Of a DNA stretch of 64,000 nt, positions 52,755-63,564 are shown piece by piece. Below the pieces are notes generated by a model. The model saw only the letters and a program-made list of their open reading frames with translations. It had not been told where the DNA came from and did no database searches. Origin of the DNA: an uncultured delta proteobacterium (GTDB taxonomy: Bacteria > Desulfobacterota > BSN033 > UBA1163); NCBI GenBank assembly GCA_963708295.1, contig CAVPSJ010000016.1:1-64000 (forward strand), in the 5' to 3' direction. Numbering within the stretch: the stretch's first letter is position 1; the number at the start of each line of letters is the position of its first letter. Position numbers and translations under genes: made by a program.

Positions 52755-52997
52755 GTAGGGAACGGTTTCAAACCGTTCCCTACGAATCCATGTAGGCGCA
52801 CCATCGCTTTTTGCATGTTCTATAATTGAGAAAACATAATTATACTGGTCCGGCAAATCCCCATCCCCTTCCTAACCTCCCTCTTGAAGGGGAGGAACAT
52901 AGAGGAACACAACGGTTTCCCTCCTCTTCAGGGGAGAGGGCAAGCCCTGCACCACGTAGGGTGCAGGACAATGCCCTGAACCTCACATGGTTCAGGG
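52755..52997. repeat. Cluster of REP-like palindromes between convergent genes
   Basis: GTAGGGAACGGTTTCAAACCGTTCCCTAC; CCTCCCTCTTGAAGGGGAGG; twin hairpins matching 26912-26964 in reverse orientation. Confidence 0.75.
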
Positions 52998-53051
52998 GGT
53001 GGGGGTGGGGTTCATCAGTTGTCTATTCAATTTTGGACCGATTAGTAACTG

Positions 53052-54176
53052 CTAATCATTCAGCAGGGACATGATCTTCTCGTCGGGTTCCAACCGAATT
53101 GCTTCATGATCGCAGGATTCCTTGCATGCGGTGCAAAGCATGCACTTCTCGGAGTCAAGGACCGGCGAATCGGGTCCCGTGGTTAGAGCACCGGAGGGAC
53201 AGACATCGACGCACGCCTTGCATTCCTGATCGCATTTCTCAGAAGAGAAAACCGGACGGTAAGCCACTCGTGTCCGGAAAAATTCCCGGTTCGTCCATCC
53301 GCTTCCCACTCCGGCCTTATATCTATAGCTTGACTCAGGCGGGACCGGCCGGTGATAATCCTCAATAGTTGATATCTCCCCTACCACCTCAATTGCATTC
53401 AGATCGGTTTCCCCCAGCCCAAGCTCTCTGGCAATAGTCAGGTACGGGACATCGCCTACGGTGAAGCCAACGATCTTCGCCTCCACTGTGTCCAGGGCCA
53501 CGGCATCTGTGGCTGCCAGGATCTTGTTGACCCAGCGTGTCTCCGGAGAGGCCGGTCCATAACCTTCCATCGCAAGGATCCCGTCCATGATCACAAGGTC
53601 CGGGGGCCGCATGCGATAAAGTTCGACGACAACCCTCGCAAATCTTTTCGGATCTCCCGAATAGTAGTGAAACCACGATTTTTGGGCTCCTGCCAGCAAC
53701 CCGTAGTTATTCTTCATCGCCCCGCTGATCATCGTCAGTCCGTGGGTTTTCATCTTTGGAACGGAGATGTAGATATCCGCCTCCATGACATCCCGAAGGA
53801 GGGCGATCTTCCGTTTAAAAGGTTCTTTCATCTCCACGACGGTCATCCGCCTGTTCAGGTTCCGGTAATAAGAACCCGCCGCCTCCTTCTGGCGCGAAAT
53901 TCGAAATACATATTCCGAATTTCCGTAAGATTCCGTCCCCACGGAATCACCGACGACAATCCGGGAGGGCCTGAAGGTTTCTATCTTCTGGACCACGGCC
54001 TTCACCAGCTTGTAGTGAGTGGCCATCGCTTGAAGATCCGGATCGGAGGCTTTCAGTGCATTCGTCTTGATCGCCACCGTTTTCCCGGCCATGTCGATGG
54101 GAAAATGGGAAAACGCCTGCTCGACGGCTTCGTGGCAGGTGTCGTAGGTGCTCTCCATGACAAGGACCTTGCTCAT
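53052..54176 (-). CDS. DUF362 protein with C-terminal 2x[4Fe-4S] ferredoxin domain
   Basis: PKMKTH, GAMKN, DGILAMEG.GP, DAVALD; C..C..C...CP and CMLCTAC...C. Confidence 0.9.
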   Translation of the reverse strand: MSKVLVMESTYDTCHEAVEQAFSHFPIDMAGKTVAIKTNALKASDPDLQAMATHYKLVKAVVQKIETFRPSRIVVGDSVGTESYGNSEYVFRISRQKEAAGSYYRNLNRRMTVVEMKEPFKRKIALLRDVMEADIYISVPKMKTHGLTMISGAMKNNYGLLAGAQKSWFHYYSGDPKRFARVVVELYRMRPPDLVIMDGILAMEGYGPASPETRWVNKILAATDAVALDTVEAKIVGFTVGDVPYLTIARELGLGETDLNAIEVVGEISTIEDYHRPVPPESSYRYKAGVGSGWTNREFFRTRVAYRPVFSSEKCDQECKACVDVCPSGALTTGPDSPVLDSEKCMLCTACKESCDHEAIRLEPDEKIMSLLND

Positions 54177-54189
54177 AGCTGGATCTCCA

Positions 54190-54358
54190 TTACTAATCAG
54201 GCCATAATTGTCTGGACATCAGAAACTGAATCCCTCCTTCCCTCCCTTTGCAAAAGGTCCCGCCTTCCGCGGGATTTGGCAAAGAGGGGCCGTTCGACAG
54301 CCCTCACGGGGGAGATTTTATGAATAATATGTCTTCTCAATTATGGACTCCTTGGTAA
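54190..54358. mobile_element. MITE-like element; partial reverse copy near 52110-52185
   Basis: Imperfect inverted ends TTACTAATCAGGCCATAATTG / CAATTATGGACTCCTTGGTAA; internal AATCCCTCC..CCTCCCTTTGCAAAAG shared with the 52.1 kb copy. Confidence 0.55.
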
Positions 54359-54379
54359 GGCTTGGTAACATGGTGGCTA

Positions 54380-55669
54380 TTATGGAAAGCTCTTGGGATA
54401 GAGTTGTTTTGGAAGCCAGAGGGTGATTTCCGGTACGTAGGTTGTGATAAAGAGAGCGATCAGACTCACGATGATAAAGGGCATAAGCCCGGCCACAATC
54501 TTCCTCATCGGCGCCCGGAATATACTCATGGTGACGAAAATATTAAATCCGAAGGGCGGGGTATACATGCCTATGGAGATGTTCAAAACCAGTATGACTC
54601 CAAGGTGGACCGGATTCACTCCGAGAGCCGTTGCAATCGGGTAAAAGAGAGGTGTCAGGACCACAAGCGTCGAATTGGGCTCCAGAAACATTCCTGCAAT
54701 AAGAAAAACAATGTTGATCAGCATCAAGATCATGAACTGCGATGCGCCCGCGCTCTTTACCCAGCTGTTGACCATAGCGGGAACTCCGCCGACCGTGAGG
54801 ATCCACACAAAGACCCCTGAAGAAGCGATGATGATCATAATCTTTGCGGTGACCAGTCCCGATTCGATGGCAATCTGAAAAAGCTTCTTCAGCGTCATTT
54901 CCCGGTAAATGAAAAGAGCGACGAACATCGCATAAATCGTAGAGACAGCAGACGCCTCGGTCGGCGTAAAGATTCCCGAATAAATGCCGCCGAGGATGAG
55001 AACGGGCATTCCCAGTGCCCAGCCTGCGGATTTCGTTCTTTGGAGAACCACGCGGATATCGAAGGCACCCGTGGAAGGCACTTTCTCCCGATAGACGTGC
55101 GCAACCACCCAGCCGGCGAAGCACAACCCCAAAAGGATGCCTGGGCCGACCCCTCCCATAAAGACAGCCCCGACGGAAGCTCCTGTGATGGCCGAATAGA
55201 CGATCATTCCGATGCTGGGTGGGATCACGCTCGCGATTGCTCCCGTGCACGTAACGAGACCCAAAGAAAAGGTCTCCCCGTATTTCCCTTTGACGAGGGG
55301 ACGATAGAGAATCGAGCCCACCGCTGCCGTGGTGGCTGCACTCGACCCCGACACCGTTCCAAAAATTTCGCAGGTGGCGATGGTCGTCATCGCAAGGCCC
55401 CCACGTATCCATCCCACAATAGACTCTACCCATGCAACGAGCCGTGTGGTCAGCCCTCCTGCGCCCATAACGCTTGCGCCGAATATAAAGAACGGGATGG
55501 CCATCAAGGCGAACTTGTCGATGCTTCCAAACATCTGGGTCGCGATGAGGGTGATAGGCGCGATCTTAAACGCCCAGATGACGATGACGGCTGTGGCTAC
55601 CATCAGAACGAACATGGGGACGTTAAGCAAAAGCAGTAAACCACCAAGGATACAAAGTGCCGTCAGCAT
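54380..55669 (-). CDS. TRAP transporter large permease (DctM)
   Basis: AIPFFI, SGSS.A, IPPSI, GIFTPTEA, TPPFG; ATG at 55669. Confidence 0.93.
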   Translation of the reverse strand: MLTALCILGGLLLLLNVPMFVLMVATAVIVIWAFKIAPITLIATQMFGSIDKFALMAIPFFIFGASVMGAGGLTTRLVAWVESIVGWIRGGLAMTTIATCEIFGTVSGSSAATTAAVGSILYRPLVKGKYGETFSLGLVTCTGAIASVIPPSIGMIVYSAITGASVGAVFMGGVGPGILLGLCFAGWVVAHVYREKVPSTGAFDIRVVLQRTKSAGWALGMPVLILGGIYSGIFTPTEASAVSTIYAMFVALFIYREMTLKKLFQIAIESGLVTAKIMIIIASSGVFVWILTVGGVPAMVNSWVKSAGASQFMILMLINIVFLIAGMFLEPNSTLVVLTPLFYPIATALGVNPVHLGVILVLNISIGMYTPPFGFNIFVTMSIFRAPMRKIVAGLMPFIIVSLIALFITTYVPEITLWLPKQLYPKSFP

Positions 55670-56196
55670 TACGAATCGTGCCTCCCCTGATCGAAGGAGA
55701 TATCGGATGGTTTGATTGGTTTTCTCATTTGGTGGCGCAAAGCCGTCTCCGCATATCCGAGCATCATCAAAATACTTCCAACCGGAAAGGCGCCGTAAAT
55801 AAGCCACATGGGGATAAAAGCTGCTTCGCTGGTCTGTCCGGTCTCAATCACCATTTTGACGAGTCCGTTACCGAAAAAGAATATTGCGATGACGGTAAGG
55901 ATGCAGAAGATGTTGATGGCCAGAAAAGCGATCCTCCGGAGCTTTTCAGGCCATATGTTGTAAAGGGCTTCCATGCTGACGTGTGCACCTTCGCGAGAGA
56001 TCACACCGGCCCCGACAAAGACCGTCCAAAGCAAGATGTAGCGCGTTACCTCCTCGGCCCAAGACATGCCGTAGTGGAACACATACCTCAGCACCACGTT
56101 GATGAAAAGCAGGAACGCCGAAAAGGTCATGATGGCGCCCACCAGGATCTTGCCTCCGAGCATCAAACGCTGGTTGAACCTGAAGAACTTCTCCAA
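55669..56196 (-). CDS. TRAP transporter small permease (DctQ)
   Basis: NVVLRY...WAEEVTRY...H. Confidence 0.9.
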   Translation of the reverse strand: MEKFFRFNQRLMLGGKILVGAIMTFSAFLLFINVVLRYVFHYGMSWAEEVTRYILLWTVFVGAGVISREGAHVSMEALYNIWPEKLRRIAFLAINIFCILTVIAIFFFGNGLVKMVIETGQTSEAAFIPMWLIYGAFPVGSILMMLGYAETALRHQMRKPIKPSDISFDQGRHDS

Positions 56197-56344
56197 AATC
56201 TCTCCTTGTTGAGGGGGCCTCCCCTACCGGGCGCCCCTTGAAAGCAGGTCATTGAATTCTCTTACATAAAGATGCCCGCCCCGTTCGCGAAGAAAAGCTC
56301 CTCGGGGCGGGAAAAGATTGATCTCTGTTCCTGTCCTCTTGTTA

Positions 56345-57366
56345 TTACTGCGCTGCGGCGATGGCTGCCTTCAGCTTGTCCAGATAATATCCCGCCTTGC
56401 CTCCGAACTGGGTAGCCACCTTATCCCACACGGGGGGAGCGAGCTTCTGAAATTCCTTCCACTCTGCCGGGGTCAGCTTGTAGACGACATTTCCGTGTTT
56501 CTCGAACACTTTAAGAGCTTTGGCATCGTCCTCATCGATCCATTTGGATTCTTCAGGAGCGACCTCCCGGAATGTGGTGATCATCTTTTTCTGAATGTCC
56601 GGCGGGATTTTATCCCACCATGCCTTTCCGACGACGATGATCTCCGGCATGAGGGCGTGATTGCTTATGGTAATGTATTTTTGTACCTCATAATACTTCA
56701 TCTCCTGGATCCGGTAGAGCATGTTTTCTTGTGCATCGACCGTGCCAAGCTGGAGAGCGTTGTAAAGCTCAGAGAGATCGATGGGAACCGGCGTCGACCC
56801 GTAAGACTTGTACTGCTCCATCAGCACCGGCGAGGGCATGACGCGGACCTTATGACCATTGAAATCACCCGGCGTTCGCACCGGAAAATTTGATGTAAAT
56901 TGTTTCCAACCGGCGGTCCAGAAAGCAAGGGCCTCCATTTTGGCCTTCTGTGTTTCCTGGCCTATTTCATCCCCGAAAGGCCCTGTCATCACCTTGTAAT
57001 AAGTCTTAATGTCTGGAAACATGAAGGGGAGGTCCAAAAGAGTGATCATCTTGCTGAAGGCGCCGAAATAGGACGCTGGTGTCAGCGTACATTCCAGAGA
57101 GCCCATCTGGATCTGCTCGAACATCGCCCGCGTGGCGCCAAGCTGGGAAGAGGGAAATATCTTTACCTCCACCTGTCCTCCGGTTCGCTCGGTGATGAGT
57201 TTGGCAAAGAGCTCAGCGCCTCTCACTCTCGGAGACCCTGGATCGTTGCTCAAACCGATTTTCATTTTTATCGGCTCCGCGGCAAGAGCTTCCGTTGAAA
57301 GGGAAAACAGGAAGACAGCAGCAAAGATAAGACTGATACAACTGAAAAGGAATGCGGTCTTTTCAT
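56345..57366 (-). CDS. TRAP substrate-binding protein (DctP); frameshift just after the start
   Basis: FPSSQLG, LPFMF, KVRVM, LYNALQLG.VDAQEN; GGAGG plus ATG at 57366. Confidence 0.92.
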
Positions 57367-57594
57367 GGCTTACCTCCTTCTTATAAGATGAATTCAGCAA
57401 ATAGGATTCTTCGAACTGAGAAAAACCGAGAGAATAACTACCATGTCCGGTTCTAACATGTCAACATAATTCTTCGACTGCAAACACCATCAGTCATCCA
57501 ACAGTAGACAGTAGATCTTCAGAAATCGGTTTGTCTCCCCATCTCCCCATCTCCCTATCCCGTAAGAACGTTATCTAATGTCTGGAGGCCGGGT

Positions 57595-58623
57595 CTACCC
57601 AATTCGGTCTCCGGCATCTCGCGGCGGCTCACCGAAGACTTCAGGGTTGAGCAGATCCGGCGGTCGCCTGCCCTGGATCATGGCTTCGAGATTCTCCACC
57701 GTTCTCAACGCCATGGCCTCTCTTGTCTCGCGGGCCGCGCTTCCAATGTGGGGAGTGACGACGACATTAGGAAAATCCAGGAGGCCGGAAAACGGACCAG
57801 GATCAGGATTTGGAAATTCCCGTTCAAAAACATCCAGCCCCGCGCCTTTAATTCTTCCTTCTTTCAGTGCCTTGGCAAGTGCTTTCTCATCGAGGACCGC
57901 TCCGCGTGACGTATTGATGAGGATCGCAGTTGGCTTCATCAAGGAGAGCAGATGCTCTCCCACGAGCCCTTTGCTGCTCGGAGTCAGGGTTGGGGTCAGA
58001 GCCACGAAATCTGCCTCGCGGAATAGAGCTTCCATCTCCCGCCACTCGACGTTCAGCTGTGTTTCTTCCTGTGGCGAAAGTCGGGTCCGCTTAGTATAGA
58101 TCACCCGCATTCCGCAGCCTTGCGCTTTTTTTGCCAGCGCTTTGCCGATTTTGCCCAGGCCGACAATCCCCAGGGTTTTGTCGAAGATCCGTGTCGTGAG
58201 GAAGGCCATGGACTGATACTGTTTCCACTGCTTTTCCCTCATGACGCGGTCCCCCTCGGGCAAACGCCAGGCCGTCCCGATCAGCAGGGCGAACGTCAAT
58301 TCCGCCGTGGTCTCAACCAGCATATTCGGTATGCCCGTTACCGGAATTCCCCGCGCCGTTGCGGTTTTGATATCGACGAACTTCGGAAAAATGTACATGG
58401 CCGCGATCCCTTTCAAATCCGGGAGCGCGGTGTCGATCACTTCCGCAGGAAACGGAATTTCCGCAAGCGCATAAAGGTAATTCTTGCCTTTGACCGATTT
58501 CAGAAGCTCTTCCCGGCTGATCACCCGATCGATATGAGGAAAAACTTCAACGTCTGCCACTTGCTTCAGACGGTTTAGCGCCACTTCAGGAATCGGTTGG
58601 GGTATGAAAACTTTCGAACGCAT
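57595..58623 (-). CDS. D-isomer-specific 2-hydroxyacid dehydrogenase (glyoxylate reductase-like)
   Basis: GLGKIG, INTSRG, GLDVFERE, PHIGSA. Confidence 0.92.
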   Translation of the reverse strand: MRSKVFIPQPIPEVALNRLKQVADVEVFPHIDRVISREELLKSVKGKNYLYALAEIPFPAEVIDTALPDLKGIAAMYIFPKFVDIKTATARGIPVTGIPNMLVETTAELTFALLIGTAWRLPEGDRVMREKQWKQYQSMAFLTTRIFDKTLGIVGLGKIGKALAKKAQGCGMRVIYTKRTRLSPQEETQLNVEWREMEALFREADFVALTPTLTPSSKGLVGEHLLSLMKPTAILINTSRGAVLDEKALAKALKEGRIKGAGLDVFEREFPNPDPGPFSGLLDFPNVVVTPHIGSAARETREAMALRTVENLEAMIQGRRPPDLLNPEVFGEPPRDAGDRIG

Positions 58624-59091
58624 AGATACCTCCTCGGGGAAAAGTCCATTCAAGATTCGTTAGGTGACGCCAATATAGCAAAGGAGAGTCTGTGCGTCAA
58701 TAATCAAACACTCGTAGCCCGAGAGATGAGACCGGGGGAGATCTGGGAATGAGATGGTAAAGACCGTTTACAGTGTTTCGAAAGACTCGAGAAGAGGGCT
58801 TCGAAATTGCCGATTTCCAACTTCGAGCCTTCCGGCAATAACGGGAAATGAGGGAGAGGAGGACGAACGGTCGGCCGTTTTTTTACCTACGAGGAGGACA
58901 CTGGGGATGGTAAGATTTTAATGAATGGCAACTGTGAAGGGCTTAAGTCGTGCAGTGAAAGAAGCCGATGCAATTAAGTGAGAGGGAGATTATCTTTGCT
59001 CTTGCAAACGCAGGTCCTCGGTGATAATGTTACCTGTAACCGTGAGCCTAAGAAGGATGTGCTTTGATGAAGGAACGGTCTTTCGGGAGGA

Positions 59092-59562
59092 ATGAAGTTG
59101 GAGCGTCTTTGTGACTGGTATATTCGCCACGCAAAGCTAATCGGTGCATTTTACTGCTGGATTCCCACGCTCGCCTGGTTCGGAGCGACGATGTTCTTTG
59201 TCTCGTTCCGGGAAGTCTACTTCCTCCGGCTGGCCCTTTCTCTCCTCTTGGGTGGTTGGATTGCGGCCCGGATCAATGATTATGGTGTTCGCCTCTGGTT
59301 GATCAAACACCGATCCCAAGAAGGCCCGGGAACCGTCGTTGACGGTATTCTCATTGGAGCAGGTGTTGGAATGGGGACAACCTTTTTGCCACCGCTCACA
59401 TCATTGATAGCTACCCATCATCCAGAGGAGGCGAAGCTTTTGATCATTCTATCATGGTCGGCAGGAATTGTTTTTGGAGGTCTGATTGGAGGTATGCTGG
59501 CTTGGATTGGCCGAAAGTATCTCGATCATGCCTCCGTTGCCACGGAGGAGAGTCAAAGGTGA
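59092..59562 (+). CDS. Four-TM hypothetical membrane protein, first gene of the FAS-like cluster
   Basis: GGAGG RBS; four hydrophobic spans; stop overlaps the next start. Confidence 0.75.
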   Translation: MKLERLCDWYIRHAKLIGAFYCWIPTLAWFGATMFFVSFREVYFLRLALSLLLGGWIAARINDYGVRLWLIKHRSQEGPGTVVDGILIGAGVGMGTTFLPPLTSLIATHHPEEAKLLIILSWSAGIVFGGLIGGMLAWIGRKYLDHASVATEESQR

Positions 59563-60033
59563 GATTTCTTCTCATCGATCGGATCACTGAATGGGAACCC
59601 GGGAAACGTGCCTGTGCCGTGAAAAATGTTGCTCTCAGTGAAGATTTCTTCGACGACCACTTTCCCACTGAAGCCGATCATGCCAGCGGTTCTGATCATC
59701 GAGGGGATGGCGCAACTTTCTGGCTTGCTTATTGAGGAAGGGGTACGCAAGGAGTCGAGGCGGAATGTGAAGGCCCTGATGAGCATCATTGAAAAGGCAA
59801 AGTTTCGGCGACCGGTTTATCCTGGAGACAAGCTTGTCTATGATGCGGAGATCGGTTCGGTTAACGAACTCGGAGGCAGAGCGAACGTGAAGGCTCGTGT
59901 CGACGGAGAATTGGTCACGGAGTGCGGCTTTGTCTTTACATTTCACGAATTCCATCATCCCCAGCTCGAATCCCGACGGTCTGAAATTCTCTCCCTCTGG
60001 CTGAAGGGGCACCATTCCCATGGGACCGAATGA
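59559..60033 (+). CDS. FabZ/FabA-like hotdog dehydratase (one frameshift)
   Basis: [44 protein letters not shown]. Confidence 0.88.
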
Positions 60034-60814
60034 AGTCGTCATCACCGGTATGGGAATGATTACCCCCCTTGGCGCGACGTTCGCTGAATGTGCTCGGGCA
60101 TGGCGCGAAGGACGATCGGCAGTCCGCCAACCCCTGCCGGAGTTGAATGGCACCCCTCTCGAGGGTGTCGGCGTCCCACCTCTTCCGGACATTAAAGCAG
60201 CTGAGCGCTTAGGCAGTCGTCGGATGCTCAAATACATGTCCCATGCCGCGGTTCTTGGCTGTCTGGCAGGCCGAGAGGCTCTTGAAAATGCCTCTGTAAA
60301 AGCCCGGTTTTCCCCAGAACGGGTAGGACTCTACGCTGGAACTGGGCTGGCGACTGCCGATATCGATGAAGTCAAGGCGATGGTCGAAGCTTCCATTGAT
60401 GAAGGAGGGCAGTTTTCTTGTCGGCTCCTGGGTGAACATGGTCTGGCAGCGACAAACCCGCTTCTCTCCTTCAAGATATTGGCCAACATGCCTCCCTGCC
60501 TGATTTCGATCATCGAATGTATTAAGGGGCCGAACCTTGTCTTCACTCCCTGGGAAGGACAGACGGGTGCAGCCCTTGTCGAAGCATGGAAGGCTGTGGC
60601 CAGCGGAGAGGTCGACTGTGCCCTTGCTGGTGCTGCAGACAACGCGGCTCATCCGGCAACTTTCGTCTATCTCTACCATGCCGGCCTTCTTAGAGGTGAG
60701 GAATATCCTGCTTCGGGTGCCGCTTATTTCGTCTTCGAGAGACGGGAGACTGCTGAGAGGGACGGCAAAAGGATCCACGGTGAAGATCGAACATATTTCA
60801 CTGACCCCTTCTGA
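60020..60814 (+). CDS. Ketosynthase-like subunit lacking the catalytic Cys (chain-length-factor-like); C-terminus probably continues past a frameshift
   Basis: VVITGMGMITPLG, KILANMP, GPNLVFTPWEGQ where TACAS is expected. Confidence 0.75.
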   Translation: MGPNEVVITGMGMITPLGATFAECARAWREGRSAVRQPLPELNGTPLEGVGVPPLPDIKAAERLGSRRMLKYMSHAAVLGCLAGREALENASVKARFSPERVGLYAGTGLATADIDEVKAMVEASIDEGGQFSCRLLGEHGLAATNPLLSFKILANMPPCLISIIECIKGPNLVFTPWEGQTGAALVEAWKAVASGEVDCALAGAADNAAHPATFVYLYHAGLLRGEEYPASGAAYFVFERRETAERDGKRIHGEDRTYFTDPF

Positions 60815-60971
60815 TGGCAGGAGTGGTCGACCCACTTTCGGAACGTCTTGGCCGGACCTTCGCTGCTGCTCCGGCCATCCTCCTGGGCTTTAATTGCGCG
60901 CAAAGGAAAAGCGAACTCTCCATCTGCGGGGTCGACCAGCAGAGGTTCGAGGTGAGGTTGGAGTTTTTCGT

Positions 60972-62211
60972 ATGAGGAGAGTTGCCATCACCGGGTTTGG
61001 CGTGGTTTCACCCATCGGTGTGGGTAGGGAAAGCTTCTGGGATTCTCTGGCTCGAGGGGTGAGCGGAATTTCTCCGATCACGCATTTCGATGCTACGACT
61101 TTTGAGGTCCAACTGGCGGGGGAGGTGAAGGAAGCATTGGTCGTGCCTGAACCCGTTGAAGAGGTATCGAAAGAAGACCCAAAGGTCGGGTTTGCCTATT
61201 GGGCCTGCGTCGAGGCCCTCTCTCAGGCAGGGATCGCCAGGTTCGATGGAGAGAACGCTTCTTCATGTCGGTACGAGCCTTGAGATCTTCGATCTGAGCA
61301 AAGTCATCTATGATGGAAAGCCCGACTTTAAAACAGTTGCAACAAACATTCTAAAAGGAATAAGCCCTCCTTTGCAGACGCCCCTCGATCAGGCCTCTGG
61401 CTTGCTGATGCGGGAGTTCGGACGCCCTGGGCAGTCCTTGACAAACTGTTCTGCGTGTGCTGCTGGCGCTCAGGCGATTGGACATGGCTTCCATGCGATT
61501 CGCTCAGGCTATTTCGAACGGGCTGTTTGCGGTGGCTTCGATTCGATGATCAATCCCTTGGGGATCGGCGGGTTCCAACTCTTGGGGGCTTTAACCACTG
61601 ACAATCGGCAAGGAGCGCGTGCGTGTCGTCCTTTCGATTCATCACGCAAGGGCACCGTCCTCGGCGAAGGGGCGGCCATGTTTGTCCTCGAGCCTTTGGA
61701 AAAAGCCAGGGCTGAAGGGAAGGAGATTCTTGGAGAAATGGTGGGTTATGGTTCAACGCTCGATGCTTACAGCCTGAGCGCTCCTGATCCGGAGGGAGAC
61801 GGTGCGACAAGAACGATGTTCATGGCTTTAAAGGACGCGGGAATCCCTCCTTCAGAGGTGCACCATATTAACACCCACGGCACAGGAACCCAACTGAACG
61901 ATGAGGTAGAGGCCAAGGCCATCCGAAGGGTGTTTGCTAAAACCTGGGAGAAGATTCCTGTGACTGCCACCAAGTCGATGACAGGCCATCTCATTGCAGC
62001 AGCCGGTCCTATTGAATTGGGAGCATGCCTTTTCACTCTCTTACGGAGAGTTGTACCGCCTAATGTTTCGTTGGAGCGTGTGGCGCAAGGTTGCGAACTC
62101 CATCATGTGGCGGAGCCTGGAATTCCATTCGAGGGGGAATACGTTCTTACCAATTCGTTTGGATTTGGTGGTCAGAACGCTTCGCTGGTATTGAGGGGGT
62201 ACGGTGGCTGA
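60972..62211 (+). CDS. Beta-ketoacyl-ACP synthase II-like enzyme (one frameshift near 61255)
   Basis: RRVAITGFG, SACAAG, HGTGT, KSMTGHL, NSFGFGGQN; Cys-His-His intact. Confidence 0.9.
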
Positions 62212-62950
62212 GCAAATAAGACGTATCGCTCTCATTGCAGGAGGAAGTGGTGCCATCGGCTCTGCAGTCGCCAAGAGGCTGGCTTCGGATGGCGTTAGGG
62301 TCTTTGTGGGCTTCTACAAGAATCGCGAAGCGGCTGAGACTGGAGTTTCCAAAATTGCTGCCGCCGGCGGCAATGGAGAGGCAATTCATCTCGATATCAC
62401 CTCCTCTTCTGAGTCCGAGGAGGTGTGTCAGCACATCTTCAGCGGTTGCGGAAGACTGGATATTCTCGTCAACTGTGCTGCCATTAATATGGAGGCACCT
62501 GCATTGGGAATCGAGGACGAAGCATGGAATGGCGTGATGGAGGTCAACTTGACAGGAGCATTCCGTCTCTGCCGGGCAGCCGCGAAATATATGATGCTCA
62601 ATCGCTGGGGCCGGATCATCAACGTCTCTTCCGTTTCAAGCGGGTTCGGTGGCCGCGGCCAGATGAACTATGCCGCCAGCAAGGCAGGTCTTGAAAGCAT
62701 GACACGCGTCCTGGCCTTGGAACTGGGCCGAAAAGGGATCCTGGCCAACTGCGTGGCACCGGGGGTGATCGAGACGAAGATGTCAGAGCGGATCCGCCAG
62801 GCCCATAAAGGGGCACTGGTTGAAGCGATCGCGGTTCGACGTTTCGGCCAACCTGAGGAAGTTGCAAAGGTTGTGGCTTTTATTGCCTCTGATGCCTCAG
62901 CCTATGTCACGGGACAGATCATTCGCGTGGATGGAGGAATGGGCTTGTGA
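62204..62950 (+). CDS. 3-oxoacyl-ACP reductase (FabG-like SDR)
   Basis: GGSGAIG, NYAASK, VAPG.I.T, TGQ...VDGG. Confidence 0.92.
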   Translation: MAEQIRRIALIAGGSGAIGSAVAKRLASDGVRVFVGFYKNREAAETGVSKIAAAGGNGEAIHLDITSSSESEEVCQHIFSGCGRLDILVNCAAINMEAPALGIEDEAWNGVMEVNLTGAFRLCRAAAKYMMLNRWGRIINVSSVSSGFGGRGQMNYAASKAGLESMTRVLALELGRKGILANCVAPGVIETKMSERIRQAHKGALVEAIAVRRFGQPEEVAKVVAFIASDASAYVTGQIIRVDGGMGL

Positions 62951-63564
62951 ATCTGACCAACGACTTTCTCCAATTCGTCCGAAGCCGTCGAAGTATCAGG
63001 AAATTCCGAAAGGGTCCTCTCCCGAGGGAAGCTCTTCACCACATGATCGAGGCAGCTAGCTGGGCTCCCTCAGCCAGCAATCGACAGGACTGGGAGTTTA
63101 CCACCATCACTTCCCCCACCATGAAGAAGAGAATGGAAGATATCGTTCGGAGCCGCTGGAAGTTGATCCTCGACAAGAGCCAAACAGGAGCAATCCAGGA
63201 GGAGTTGGAGAAGTATGCGAAGAATTTCGACTGGTTTTCCCATGCCCCCGTGCTTATGGTCGTTTCCGCCAAGAGGCCAGAGGCCTTTCTTTCCAGCCTA
63301 TTGGGTGAAGCAGCTGAGGATGTGGCAGGGACAGTGATCTCTGCGGCCATGGCCGCTCAGAATCTGATGCTGGCGGCCCATGCCATGGGGATCGGAAGCT
63401 GTTGCATTACGGGACCTTTAGCAGCACAAGAGGCTCTGAAGGAGCTTCTCGGGTTCAGCCAGCGGAGGAAAATTGTCTGCCTCGTTGCCCTGGGCTATCC
63501 AGCCGAGGAGCCAGAAGCCCCTCTCCGCAAGGCTGTGGAGAAGATTGCGAGATACATCGAATGA
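62947..63564 (+). CDS. Nitroreductase family protein inside the FAS-like cluster
   Basis: RRSIRKF, APSASNRQ.W, QNLMLAAHAMGIG, LGYP; overlaps both neighbours. Confidence 0.9.
   Translation: MNLTNDFLQFVRSRRSIRKFRKGPLPREALHHMIEAASWAPSASNRQDWEFTTITSPTMKKRMEDIVRSRWKLILDKSQTGAIQEELEKYAKNFDWFSHAPVLMVVSAKRPEAFLSSLLGEAAEDVAGTVISAAMAAQNLMLAAHAMGIGSCCITGPLAAQEALKELLGFSQRRKIVCLVALGYPAEEPEAPLRKAVEKIARYIE

Noticed and set aside
58921-58977. 18-aa Cys-rich ORF (MNGNCEGLKSCSERSRCN) upstream of the FAS cluster as a RiPP precursor or leader peptide
   Set aside because: No properly spaced RBS and no RiPP maturase nearby; likely chance.
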